From the human T2T-CHM13v2.0 reference genome, Homo sapiens, in the NCBI RefSeq assembly GCF_009914755.1, contig NC_060925.1: DNA of 64,000 bases; one strand, written 5' to 3'. The notes beneath the pieces are model-generated. The model was not told the DNA's origin and did not search any database. It saw nothing but the letters and a program-made list of their open reading frames with translations. This document shows positions 46,101-61,197 of the stretch, piece after piece; the first letter of the stretch is position 1; each line of letters opens with the position of its first letter. A program made the translations under genes and the position numbers.

Positions 46101-47612
46101 TATGTGATGGGGAAAAGGTCAGAGCAATCAGATTTGAAGTTCATCTGCTGGTCAATGTTGGCTCTGCCTAATCAAGCAAAGGAGAAAGTTCTTTCTTTCT
46201 CTAGTCACAGTCTGAGTTCAGCAAGTTATTGTCTATTTAGTAAATAGGCAATTGGAGAGGAGAATAAAACAAGGCAAGAATTAAATTATGCTTGAAGGCA
46301 GCATTAACTGCCAGAAGCCCAGACATGTCTAATTCCTAAGTGAATTGTATGAGCAGTCATTTCTGCAGAACCAAGACCCTAATTATGTCTCTATGTAGCC
46401 TCAGTATTATGTTGCATGTATGAACCTTTGTGCTTCTAACTTCAGGAAGGCCTTAATAAGTCAAAATGTATACTAAAAATGAAATAGGACTTGAAGACGT
46501 TCAGAAATGGAAACACTTCTAGAATACATTGTAAGTTATTTCCCTTTTAATACTAAATGAGAGAATGATGTAAAATGCACAGCTGTCAAATAATAATGGC
46601 TAATAAGGAAGCAGAAACACACACAGGTACAGTGACTTGTGAAAGGTTATACAGCTAGTAAAGTGGAAGAATCAATAATGAACTCAGATGACTTGACTCC
46701 ATGGCCCAGCCTTTTAACGTTTTAGCTATGCTGCTTCCCAAGTGCTCACAATGTTTCTTATCTGTTGTTGTTATTATTTATTTCTGCCTCTGCCTTCTCA
46801 TCTCACTTCTTCCCATCCTCCCCCATTCTTCTCCTCCCTCCTTCCCTTCCCTCTTCCTCTCTCCTTTCTCCTCCTTCTTTCCTCTTTTCTCCTTATGTGG
46901 GTAATACTGACTCATCAGAAACCTGTGCCCAAGGCTTACCCATCTGTTACTGTGTAACTACAGAGAAGGGATTTTTGTATTTAATTTGGTTACTAATTAT
47001 TTATGGTATAGATCAGTGAAATCAACCTAAAATTTTTATATTCTTTCAAGTGAAAAGAAATGATTTGTATGATTTCCGAAAAGTGAGTGGGTTTTGAGGC
47101 CAACAGAACTGAGATTTAATTCTATCTCAACTATTTACTAGCTCTGCAAACATCACCAAAATGTCTAATCTCTTTTGAATCCCTATTTCTTTTTTGGTAA
47201 AATTAAGGTAATGGTACCTCCTTTATGAGTTTGCTGTGACGATGTGGTGAGGAGTGTATGTGATGTGGCTGAATGCTTACTGAATGCTTGTTTCTTTCCA
47301 CATGGGTTTCTGAATAAATTAATATCAAATTATCTCAAATCAATTTTATAAAGTTTTAAGACTATATATATATATAATATCATCATATATTGTTCTATGT
47401 AGAACATAAAATATCATGAGTGCTTACAGGTCTAAACATTTTACCTGGTTGAAATAATAAGTAAACACAAAAGAAAAGATAAACAAACAAACAAAAACTA
47501 TTGAGGGTGTGTATATTGCTAGAATTTAATCACAAAACCAGAGACCAAAATAGCCTAGTAAAAAAATGAATATAGAAATTTCAAATATGTTGGATATTCT
47601 ATGGACTTTTTA

Positions 47613-47931
<319 letters not shown>

Positions 47932-48962
47932 CTACCCACATGCTCATTTTTTTTTTTTCTTGAATTAGACCCACACATTTTCTAGTGTCTTGCTGTCTCT
48001 ATTGAGGTAGACCCTGTCTGGATTCTTCCTTTTATTAAACTAAGAGGCAATAGCTCAATGTTTTCTTAAAAAAATAAAAATGTGCAGGAAGATTACTTTT
48101 GTTTTCTTCCTTTTTTTTAAATTTTAGGTTGAATTGTCAGTATAAATGGTAACTTTTTTTTTTGATTCATGTATTTCACAGAATGTCATCTGGTAATGGA
48201 AATTCAGAATAATTTTTTTTCTATTCCTTTGTAAATAATAGGAAAATAAGTTAATAGTTTCTGTCTCAAAGCTCTTTATAAGTAATTTCATTTTCTTTAG
48301 CTAGAGAGCACATTATGAGGATTTAGTGCATCAAGATATAATATTATTTTTCTTTTTTGATTATTTCGAGACTGTTACCTGTTTTGAGAATTTGTGTTAG
48401 GAAAAGTGGCCACCATGAACTTAGCTTTCAAAATTGTTTTTGGACTTTATTCAGCAAACCAAAGTATTGCACTTGCCTGTATTCAGAGCTAAAAAAAATC
48501 TCATTTTACAAAAAATCAAGCTATGTTTGCTGAGAACAGAAGAAAATGTGTTTTCAAACATAGATCAAAATGAACTTGGTTTTAGTTCCTCTTTAAGATG
48601 GCTTTTTCTAAATGAATATTAGCTTATGATTGGTTGGGACTGAGAGTAGGGGGCATTTTGAATAATCAAGTCAGGGATTATTTAATCATCTTTTGCAACA
48701 AAGTATGATGATTTGTTTAGCTTTCAGTGGATGGGACCCTAATTGTAATAAGAGAATTTAGCTCCTCCTGCCTCAAACTTGATTTGAACCAAATGAACAG
48801 CTTCTAATAAACGACTCACATGCATGTGTATACATGCATATGTGTGCCCATGTGTGCATGTGCACACATACAATCTCTTATTTCAAAACCAGGTAGAATG
48901 TCTATTCTTTCTCCAGCAAAAGTGCTAGTCATTAGTATTGATCATGAAATATTTTCATTTGA

Positions 48963-49478
<516 letters not shown>

Positions 49479-50974
49479 TGAGTAACTACAATGAGCAGAG
49501 TCCCCTGCTGACTTGTTGTGGATATTTAGCCAGAACAAGAGATTAACCTTTGTTGCCTTAAGCCACTAAGATGAAGGGGCTATTTGTTCTATATAACCTT
49601 TGCTATCCTGATTAATTTGGTAACACACCAATCATTGTTTGTCTAATTCAAGGACACAATTACAAGGATAATATTATTATTTTAATAATAGTATTGTTCA
49701 AGGAAAGAGTTAAAATAATAATTTGGGAGATTTAGACTTTATGTGCCACATTCATATTTGGTAAGTTTTATTTTAGCTTCCAAAATCTCTGACAGGCTTA
49801 GGTGTATTATCTACATTATCTTATTTAAGATTCACTAGTAGTTTTAGTAAAACGGAAGCATCAAGGTAAGAGTTCAAGTAAAATAGAGCAACCAGCCTTT
49901 TAAGAAAACCCTTCATGGGCTGTAAATTCCAGAGACCAGATCCTGTAAAAAGGCAGTTTCTGCTCTCAGCCTTACTGTTACCTCTGTTTCTGATTCTATA
50001 TACTCATATAAGATTGAGTCCAGTGATGCTGAATCGGTTTTGTATGTAAAATTTCCATAAGAAGAAATATTGAACTGAATGTGTTTTCAAAAAATCAATG
50101 CATATCAAAGCATTCAGATATGGAAGAGTAGAATACTCTTATATAATATTATTTTTGAAATTTATTAAGTTGAACTGTGTGAAATTATTGACATTCAGCT
50201 GTTTTTGACCTTAAGAATCACAGTCTCACATGATTCAATGTAATATTCTAAGGAAATATATTTGAAACTCATATTTCCAAGTACTATAAAATCTATTCAC
50301 ACTAGATTATAACCTTTACATTATGGAAAATCATATTTAGCCACACATCTATGTTATATTTTCTTTATTCATTAGTTAACTAAAACTTTTCAAAATCCTG
50401 TTCTGATTACATACAGACTATGGAATAATTATTGCGTCTCAACTCCACAGACCAATGTGTTGCATCTGCATGTTACACAAATCTCTGCCTTTTAGACTTG
50501 TCATGTGTCCCTCTAAGACTGTCACTCCAGGTTTCCCTCTTCTTTGTTCACGTGAGCACATCATAACTGCTTCTCCTGCTGCTGAAGCTCTCTCTGGGGC
50601 CATGACATTCTAATAATGCATATTGATCCCTCACTTTATTCCCTATAACACAGTTAATATAAGGCTGAAACAGATTATAACTTTATAGAAGTCCTGCAGA
50701 TAATTTAAGGGAATTACAGAGCAGAAAATAAAAACTCCATGCTTGGTAATCAGACAGTGCTGCTTCTAGAATCTCTTGGCTATCTTCTTAAAGAATTTCC
50801 TCTTGGCCATTTCACTTCTCAATACTTATAGGGCTCTGCTTACCACTCCAGACAAATTCATTCTATTGGATATCCCCTCCCCTGTGGCATAGAGGCCACA
50901 TTAGCAGACCAGTTGACACAATGATAATGTATGTGCAAACATACTCTCCCCCAAATGGAGATAGCTTTTTAAAT

Positions 50975-51310
50975 CAGGGGTCCCCAACCCCTGGGCTGAA
51001 GACCAGTACTGGTCCATGGTCTGTTAGGATCCAGGCCGCACAGCAGGAGGTGAACGGTGGGTGAGTGAGCATTACTGCCTGAGCTCTGCCTCCAGTCAGA
51101 TCAGTGGCGGCATTAGATTCTCATAGGAGCGGGAACCCTATTGTGAACTGTGCACACGAGAGACCTATGCTGCACACTCCCTATGAGAATCTAATGCCTG
51201 TTGATCTGAGGTGGAAGTGTTTCATCCTGAAACCATTCCCCCAGCTCTGTCCGTGGAAAAGTTATCTTCCATGAAACCGGCCCCTGGTGCCAAAAAGTTG
51301 GGGACTGCTG
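50975..51310 (+). mobile_element. MER1B-like hAT-Charlie non-autonomous DNA transposon
   Basis: TIR-like ends CAGGGGTCCCCAAC / GTTGGGGACTGCTG; internal ATTAGATTCTCATAGG / CCTATGAGAATCTAAT inverted repeat; perfect 8-bp TSD TTTTAAAT (50967-50974 / 51311-51318). Confidence 0.92.
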
Positions 51311-51589
51311 TTTTAAATGATTAACTGTGACACTGGCTGTCTTAGTCTGAAGCACATGCATTTGAATTGTTTCCTTATGTAAGGTTGTTCCCAAGAATGG
51401 TGGACAGGTACTTGACTTACATGTCTGTGAGTAAACAAGCAAATAAATAAACAAATACGCTCACCAAAGTAGTCACTTTCATAATGAAGGAGGTTTTACT
51501 ACACTGATAAATTCTAGCTCCCATCCAGAATATCAAGTTATTTTGGATTCCTAAAATGTCTGGTTTTTCACCTTTAATTAAACAGCAAC

Positions 51590-52372
51590 ACAAGCATATG
51601 GAAAAAAAGTTAAACACTGATCATTAGAGAAATGCAAATCAAAAGCAAAATTAGATACTATTTCATACCAGTCAGAATGGCTATTATTGAAAAGTCAAAA
51701 AACAACAGATGCTGGTTAAGTCATGGAGAAAAAGGAACACTTACACACCGTTGGTTGGATTGTAAATTTGTTTAATCATTGTGGAAAGCAGTGTGTGGCA
51801 ATTCCTCAAAGAGCTAAAAGCAGAAATAACATTTGACCCAGCAATCCCATTACTGGGTATATACCTAGAGGAATATAAATCATTCTATTATAAAAACACA
51901 TGCAAGTGAATGTTCACTGCAACACTATTCACAATAGCAAAGACATGGAATCAATGTAACTGCCCATCAATGACAGAATGGATACATATACACCATAGAA
52001 TACTACACAGCCATAAAAAAGAATGAGATTATGTCTTTTGTGGGAACATGGATGGAGCTGGAGGATATTATCCTTAGCAAACTAACGCAGGAACAGAAAT
52101 CCAAATACTGCATGTTCTCACTTATAATGGGAGCTAACTGATAAGAGCTTATGAACACGAAGGAAACAACAGACACTGGGGCCTACCTGAAGGGGGAGGG
52201 TGGGAGAAGGGAGAGGAAAAGGAAGATAATTATTGGGTACCGGGCTTAATACCTTGGTGATGAAATATTCTGTACAACAAATCCCCATGCCACATGTTTA
52301 CTTATGTAACAAATCTTCACATGCATCCCCCATCCTAAAATAAAAGTTTAAAAACAAAACAAAAACAACAAA
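51590..52372 (+). mobile_element. Old L1P 3' fragment (L1PA15/16 or L1PB-like), sense
   Basis: ATCATTAGAGAAATGCAAATCAAA..GACCCAGCAATCCCATTACTGGGTATATACC..CTAAAATAAAAGTT plus A-rich tail. Confidence 0.9.
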
Positions 52373-52630
52373 AATGCTTCTCACATCTTGCAGCTGTTTG
52401 TTCATAACCACTCTAGTTTTGCTATTTTCATAAGCTCCCGACATCAGCAAGCCCTTGAGTATCTTCTGAGAAAAATGCTACGTATGAAATATTGCCCTAA
52501 AGCTAGGTAGAAAATAAAGTTTATTGGGATATCTTACTATATAAAGAAATCCATTTTCAAAATTGGAAACTGTGAGTATAAATATGATGATTTTTTTCAA
52601 GGAATTTCTCACGAATGTCAAAGTTTGTAA

Positions 52631-52993
<363 letters not shown>

Positions 52994-53024
52994 TAGTGAG
53001 GGCATTTTTTATGATATCTAGTTA

Positions 53025-54515
53025 TAAATATATATATATAAAATATACACATATTTTTATATATAAAATATATATAAATATACACATATTTTATATATAA
53101 AATATATAAATATACACATATTTTATATATAATATATATTATATATATGAAATATACACATTTTTATATATATAATATATATATTATATATAATATATGC
53201 ATATATTATATATAAAATATATATTATATATAAAATATGCATATATTATATATAAAATATATAATATAAAATATATAATATATATTATATATTATATATA
53301 ATATATATTATATATAATATAATATATATTATATATATAATACATATATATAATATATAATATATATAAAATATAATATATATATTATATAATATATATA
53401 TAAATATATATAATATATATATAAAATAGATATTATATATAAAATATATAAAATAGATATATATAAAATATATAAAATAGATATTATATATAAAATATAT
53501 ATAATATATATATAAAATAGATATTATATATAAAATATATATTATATATTATATAAAATATATATTATATATTATATAATATATAATATATATTATATAT
53601 ATTATATATTATATATTAAATATATATTATATATATAAAATATATATAAAATATATATTATATAAAATATATATAAAATATATATTATATAAAATATATA
53701 TAAAATATATATTATATAAAATATATATTATATATAAAATATATAATATATATAAAATATATACTATATATAAAATATATACTATATATAAAATATATAC
53801 TATATATAAAATATATACTATATATAAAATATATATTATATATAAAATATATACTATATATAAAATATATAATATATAAAATATATAATATATATAAAAT
53901 ATATAATATATATAAAATATATATTATATATAAAATATATAATATATATAAAATATATATTATATATAAAATATATAATATATATAAATATATATTATAT
54001 ATAAAATATATAATATATATAAATATATATTATATATAAAATATATAATATATATAAATATATATTATATATAAAATATATAATATATATAAATATATAT
54101 TATATATAAAATATATATCATATATAAAATATATAATATATATAAATATATATTATATATAAAATATATATTATATAACATATATAATATATATAAAATA
54201 TGTACATATTAGTCAGACTATACTGACTTTTGTTGAACTTGTGTAGTTTGCATACTGCACTTCATGAAGCTTCAAAATAGGAAAATATATTTTATATATA
54301 TTATATATATTATATATAATATATAATATATATTATATATAATATATATAATATATATATACACACACTATACAAATACACTATAGATATGCTATATATA
54401 AATATATATGTACTATATATACTATATATAAATATACACTATAAATATATAGTACATATAGTATATAGTGTGTGTATGTACATATATGTGTGTGTACACA
54501 CATATGTATGTGTAT
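53025..54515. repeat. Long AT-rich low-complexity / minisatellite tract, interrupted at 54206-54284
   Basis: About 1.2 kb almost only A/T, with ~19-21-nt units such as ATATATTATATATAAAAT; (TA)/(TG)-rich again from 54285 to about 54515. Confidence 0.95.
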
Positions 54516-54762
54516 AAATTCATCTTAGCTCTCATTTGTGTCATTTCTACCACACTTTGAGAACCTGATGAATGGATTTAACTTAAACACAACTTTGGTT
54601 TAATAACTACTGTTTCATGTTCAGTACATGATTCTGAATGAACAGGCAAGGCAACAAGGTCATATATAAGCAGGGCAGGGTAAGAATTGCTTTCCTATTT
54701 TGAAGCTTCATGAAGTGCAGTATGCAAACTACACAAGTTCAACAAAAGTCAGTATAGTCTGA
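54213..54762. repeat. Perfect 72-bp inverted repeat (54213-54284 and 54691-54762), 406-bp spacer
   Basis: TCAGACTATACTGAC..CAAAATAGGAAA is the exact reverse complement of TTTCCTATTTTG..GTCAGTATAGTCTGA (checked base by base). Confidence 0.97.
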
Positions 54763-55169
54763 GTACAGAAAAAATAATGATTTTGCTGAATAGTGTCTCT
54801 GATTTGCAAGTTGAGGACTGTTATGAAAAGATGCATAGCACTAATTATTTCATTCCAGGAGTACTCATTGATTTGTTTGTTCATAGACATGGTTTGATTG
54901 TCTATGATGTGTCAGGCATTTTACTAGGTATTGGGAATACAGTTTTATATATATATAGAGAGAGAGTAGCATTCTCCCTCAAGGAGAAATTTATAGGTAC
55001 AAGGGAGTATATAAGCATGTACTAATAATCACTACAGGGTAGATACGGTAATAGAGATATACAGAATATGCTTTACATGCAATGGTGCACAAAAATGATA
55101 ATTACTAAATTTAACTGGGTGAACTGGAGAAAATTGCATAAAGAAGGTACTACCCCGACTTATCTCTCT

Positions 55170-55992
55170 TTCCTGTTTTACATTTCATCTATCAAGTTGC
55201 CCTACAACAGTGATCTGAAAATGTATCCAGAATCCAATCACTTCTCACTTGTTTCATCATTTTTTCCTGTGCCACCATGAGCTCACTCTAGATTATTACA
55301 GAGACCTCCTAGCTTTCACCTTTGCTTTATGTAAAGTCTGTTCTCAACAAAGACACCAGAATAATCCTTTGAAACATGAGTCGTATCATGTTATTTCTCT
55401 GCTTGGAAGTTTTTGATGGCTTCCCTTTTTCCTCAGAGTAAAAGCGAATGTCTGTAAAGCAGCATAAAAGGTTTTAGATGATCCAGCCCCCATTCCTCCA
55501 GCCTTTTCTCTTCCTCTTCTCTTTCCCAGTGCTCACTCTGTTCCAGCCTCGCTAGTCCCCTTGTGATTCCCCCAGCACACCAGGAACACTCTTGTCCTGC
55601 TGCCTTTGCACTGACTGTTCCCTCTGTCAGCAGTGCTCTTTTCCCAGGTACCTACCTGGCTCACCTCCCAACATCGTCAAGTCTTTTCATCAAACACCAC
55701 TTGTCAATGGGGCCCACCTTGGCCATTCTATTTAAGATTGACATCCTTTTCCCCAAGCACCCTTGGTTCTCCCTTCCCAGCTCTGCATTTTCATCATATT
55801 CACCAACGTCTAACATTCCATACAACGTGCTAACTTACTATGTGCCATTGTCTACTGGCTGTCTCTCTTCCTAGAAAGTATTTCTTGTAAGACAAGCAAT
55901 TGTTGCTGTTTTGCTTTATCAAAATCAAGTGACATGCTGCTTAGCATATAACAGGCACTCAATAAATGCTTGTTGAATTGAATGGATGAATG
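55170..55992 (+). mobile_element. L2 LINE 3' relic
   Basis: CCAGAATCCAATCACTTCTC.., GCCTTTGCACTGACTGTTCCCTCTG.., ends GGCACTCAATAAATGCTTGTTGAATTGAATG. Confidence 0.7.
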
Positions 55993-57618
55993 GGTGTAGA
56001 GAGAAAATGATTCAACTCAGAAGGGATAGAATTCAGAAAAAAATGGATAAATCTTTAATAATGTAGAGATTTTGTTTTTCATGCTTATTTTCAATATTAA
56101 TATATCTATATCTCACTGATAAAAGTTGAAGGGCTAGATTTTCATCTCTGTCAAACTAAAGATAAGATTTTAATTTTGTTCATTTTTAAAAATGTTTTCA
56201 GTAGAACCAAACTGTACTTATTTTGGTGGTTTATACTCATTCTATTATTGCTTACAGATATAAAATCAAATGACAATATTTAAGGAGTGATTAATTTTAT
56301 ATTTGAGTAGCTTGGCAAATAAGCTACTTAAAATTTTCAAGAGGCTAAAATGATTCATGTTTTAATAAAGAAAATCTTGAGAAATTACTGTAAGAGGTGG
56401 TACAAAGTTTGATGTATCAAACAAGAAGCTAGTTCAAAACTTTATAGCTGCAGCAAAATGTCAGGAATATTTCATTTTTATTCCTGATGTGATGGTATTA
56501 TGGCTGGAAGCTTTTTTGCATGTTTAATACTTACATTGTTTTACTTTTAAATAATTGGTCCTTAGGACTCCCTGTTTTCTAGCTAAAGAGTACCCACTTC
56601 CTACGTATGAAATGCCCCTTATAACAGTTGATTCTATTTTAAGTATTAATAACATTTTCAAGGTTTTTAAATATTTTTAAACTTTCTAAACTGTGTAAAA
56701 TGACAAATTTGCTGATTTGAAGGGCATGTATTTGATTTGAAAGGTGAAATCTATGGCTGAGTGAAGAAAAATGCAGGCAGGAAGGGCTATTTTTATCCAG
56801 CTGATATGTTTCTAGAGAACAATAAGCATAGTAATAGTATTGGATAAAGTGAAAGGGTGCTTAGAGAAAGTGTGTTCTTAACATGAAATTAATTCACTAT
56901 GGTTCTCTAAATGAGGAACTGGTGTGTTTTTCCAACCTCTCCAATGAGAAAATATAGTTACCTTTGATGGATAATGCTAAATAATCAACTGCTTCTATTT
57001 TTAACTTAAAAACTTTTGCTCAGAAATGCTGGCTTCACAATGATTGCTAATTCCAAACAACACAAGTTTTCTTCTTCCAGTGGAAATTAGCAGGAATGTT
57101 CTTTATTAGAGATGATGTATCTGAGATTCCCTTTGATCCACTTAGGAATTCTGAATGAGCAGCTCCAGGAAAGAATTAGTTCTACCTCTCTCTCCCTTTG
57201 ACAGTGTTTCATACTAAAAGATCTTCAGAGTACTGATGCTATTTCTGGCACTTGAATGCTAATGTGGACATTTTATATTAGTGCTGCATTAAGGACTACA
57301 CATAAAACAAGTCAGTATGTTTTCTCACAGTTCGAGAGGGAAAAGTGAGGGGGGCTTATGCTTGACTGGAATAAATGCGTTCCTGGCTTTGAGACATCAT
57401 GCAGTTTACAGGCTATCCAAATGGAAATGTTTTATATAGTTTTACATCAAAGATAGACAATGCTTTTGTTACTCTGCATTTTACCAGTGGGAATACTCAC
57501 ACACTTCCTGCAGTTCTTTTTGTGTAGGGGCAGGGTAATGGTTTTTTGAAAGGAGGCCTAATAAAAAATTGCCAACTAAAAGCACTCTTCTTATTTTAAA
57601 TAAGCAGATTAAACTTTA

Positions 57619-57954
<336 letters not shown>

Positions 57955-58393
57955 TTACTATTAAATAAATTACTAATTAATTACTATTAAATGAATAGTA
58001 ATTAGCTAAAGCTGAGTCTCATGAAACCGTATTTCCTTAAAATACACAGAGGAATTGTTAGACATGTAAATTTGAAATTGCTTGTGGATCGCCCCACCTT
58101 GCCAAATCAACCCAAGGATTTATGATGAAAAGTGTAGAGTCTATAAATGAAAAGCAACTAAGTAAAAAGTGTTGTCTCAAAAGTTCTTGGGTAATGTCAA
58201 AGCTCTAGAATTTTATATTTAATAAATATTCTATCTTAATTTATCCTACTGTCCATTTGTGGGTCTTTGCATTCATCTCTAATATGACACTGCTAATTGG
58301 GGCTGAAAGAACTCTACCTTTATATTTCTACACCATTGCCTCTTTGAACCTGTTTACTGTTACAAATATGTTCTATTTATCCATGGTTGGCGT

Positions 58394-58772
58394 CGTATTA
58401 GTCCATTCTTGCAATGCTGTAAAGAAATACCTCAGACTGAGCCATTTATAAAGAAAGGTTTAATTGGCTCACCGTTCTGCAAGCTGTACAGACGCATGGC
58501 TGGGAAGGCCTCAGGAAACTTACAATTACGGTGGAAGGCTAAGGAGAGGCAGGCATGATTTGCATGGCTGCAACAGGAGGAAGAGAGAGTGCGGGAAGAG
58601 CTACACACTTTTAAACAACCAGATCTTACAGTAACTCACTCACTATCACGAGAACAGTAAGGGTGAAATCTGTCCCCATGATCTAATCAGCTCCCACCAG
58701 GTCCCACCACCAACACTGGAAATTACAATTTGACATGAGATTTGGGTGGGGATACATACCCAAACCATATCA
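58394..58772 (-). mobile_element. MST (A/B-like) solo LTR
   Basis: GTATTAGTCCATTCTTGC..GAGATTTGGGTGGGGATACA..CAAACCATATCA. Confidence 0.88.
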
Positions 58773-58851
58773 GCATCCATGAATAGCGTCATATTCTTGT
58801 GTTTACTAAAGCTATCAGGTAGCTGGGTATGTTGTCTCACAAAGCAATCAT

Positions 58852-59175
58852 GGCCAGGCTCAGTGACCCATGCATGTAATCCTAGCACTTTGGGAGGCCA
58901 AGGCAGGTAGATCCCTTGAGCCTAGGAGTTCAGGACCAGCCTGGGCAACATGGCAAAACCCTATCTTTACAAAAAATACCAAAAAAATTGCCTGGTGTGG
59001 TGGCATGCCTGTACCCCCAACTACTCAGGAGGCTGAGGTGGGAGGATGGCTTGAGCCCGGGAGGTCGAGGTTGCAAGGAGCCCAGATCATGCCACTGCAC
59101 TTCAGCCTGGGCAGTGGGAGTGAGACCTTGTCTCAAAAAAATAAAAAATTGAAAAACCAAAAACCAAAAAAAAAT
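58852..59175 (+). mobile_element. AluJ, sense
   Basis: J diagnostics GGAGGATGGCTTGAGCCCGGGAGGTCGAGG; mixed A tail. Confidence 0.92.
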
Positions 59176-60639
59176 CATGTCTATATGGATTGTCCCCTAT
59201 TGGAGAAACTGGTAGTTTGAAGGTATTTTAAAACTAGAGAAAAATGAACTGGTTAATTCTCTCCTGCTTTCTCTTTCTCTGGCAGTTTTTATCTTCCGTT
59301 ATTTGAAATGCATGAGCAACCAACTTTTACATCTGAAAGAAAGAAGATAAGGAGGCTAGTGAGAGAGAAACTTGGGAATAGTTAAAGCCTTTGAGAAACT
59401 TTGTTATGAACCTTGAAGATGTTAAAATCAGACAAAGGCAAAAAAGAAGTTTCTTCTCACTAAGCATTGATTTAATAAGAGATAATGAAGCTAATGAAGC
59501 TGGGGGGATTTTTTTTTTTCAGTTAATACCAAATAAAAGGCAATAGGTAATACTGGTAAGGCACCAGGAGAGGCATTTGAATTTGTCTTTGCTTCTCCTC
59601 TGCCTCTTGTCTCCTTCTTGAATATTTCTTACCCCTTTATTACTTGATGTAATACAGGCTTCATAAAATAACTAGACCAAGGTTTAACAGAAACCCATTA
59701 TAACACAGCTCCCTGTTAAATGGATACAAAAAAATAGGTCAAATCATGTTCTCTAAAGCATAAAGTGATATCATAAGTGCTAAATATGAAAGTTTGCCTG
59801 AGGTGACTAGCAGTGGGAGTGAAGGAGTTCCATTTCATTTTCTCTCTTGTCACAGTCCTTGACTTTTCATGGAATATAAGTAGATGCTTTGGACAGCTCT
59901 GATGGCCACAGACAAAGGGTGGCCATGTGTGTGTCTATCATGCTACCTTAGGATACTGTTTAGGAACATTTGTTAAAAGGACACTAAAGTATTAGGCTCT
60001 TTGATTTCCTTTCACAATGGAAGAGTCCCATATTTTATCCTTACATTCAGAGGCATTATTTTTCCCCATATTCCAAATTCAGAAGTCATCAATGGACACA
60101 GCTGGGGAGACAGGCCCACGGCACTTCTGATCTGTTTCACCAGGCTCAGGGTAAGCCCCTGCACTCTTCTGGGGTGAGATGCCAGCTTTGCCTTCCTGTC
60201 ACCTCCACAATATTTCCATTGTCCCTTATTTTATTTTCTGCCTTTTCTTCCTGTTTCTTAGGCATCGTCATTACAGTTTAGCCAAGTTAATTAAAATACA
60301 GCAGCATGCTTGTAAGACAGGGCATGTCCTGCACAGTGAGCAGCATTTCTGTAGAACTAATTTGGCAGTGCTATATTTAGTTTGGGAAAGGCAGCTGTGA
60401 GCATTCACTTAATGTGCATGAATACTCTGCATTATTAGACCCTCACTGCTACTTTTACTTGTTGAAATAGGATGAGGGATATTTCTGATTTTGCATTGTT
60501 TTCCAATTTTGGTTTATTTTCTTGATTTCTGAACTTTTTTTTTACATATTCATAAAAGAATAAAAGCATGATTCATTGTAGTCCAGTTTAAAGATGGTGT
60601 GGAAAGGGCTCTGTGGACTAGCACTTCATAAAGTAACCA

Positions 60640-60870
60640 CTAATATAGAATATATATTAATATTGTATATTAGATAATATATAATATATATTCTATAGTG
60701 CATATAATGTATTAATATTGTATATTATATATGTTATAATATATATTTGTATATCAGATTATTATATGTAACATATTAGTATGTTGTATTTTTATACATA
60801 ATACTATTATATATGCTATATGTTACTTGTATGTTATATATGTTATATATCATATATAGAATGTTGTATT
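60640..60870. repeat. AT-rich low-complexity tract
   Basis: Seen directly. Confidence 0.8.
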
Positions 60871-60884
60871 TCTATTTCCAATAA

Positions 60885-61197
60885 AAATAGAAATGCAAGC
60901 CACACATGTAATTTTTAATTTTCTAATAGTCTTACTAAAAAAGTAAAAATAAACAGGTGAAATTAATTTTAATAATATATTGTATTTAACCCAATAGCAT
61001 ATCTAAACTACTATCATTTGACCTGTAAATATTGAATAATATAAAAGTCATGAGCTATTTTATGCTCTTTTTTAATAATAAATCTTCAAAATCGGTGTGT
61101 ATGTTACACTTAGAGCACATCTCAAATCAGACTGGCCGCATTTAAAGCACCCAGGAGCCACAATGGCAGTGGCTCTGAAGCGCACAGCACAGCTATA
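60885..61197. mobile_element. MER33/MER3-like hAT-Charlie relic
   Basis: AAACAGGTGAAATTAATTTTAATAATAT..ACACTTAGAGCACATCTCAA..AGCCAC..GTGGCT. Confidence 0.7.

Noticed and set aside
48817-48872. Alternating purine-pyrimidine run (Z-DNA candidate)
   Set aside because: Short, interrupted and CpG-free; a common low-complexity relic.
51112-51195. 16-bp inverted repeat ATTAGATTCTCATAGG / CCTATGAGAATCTAAT
   Set aside because: An internal feature of the MER1-type element, not locus-specific.
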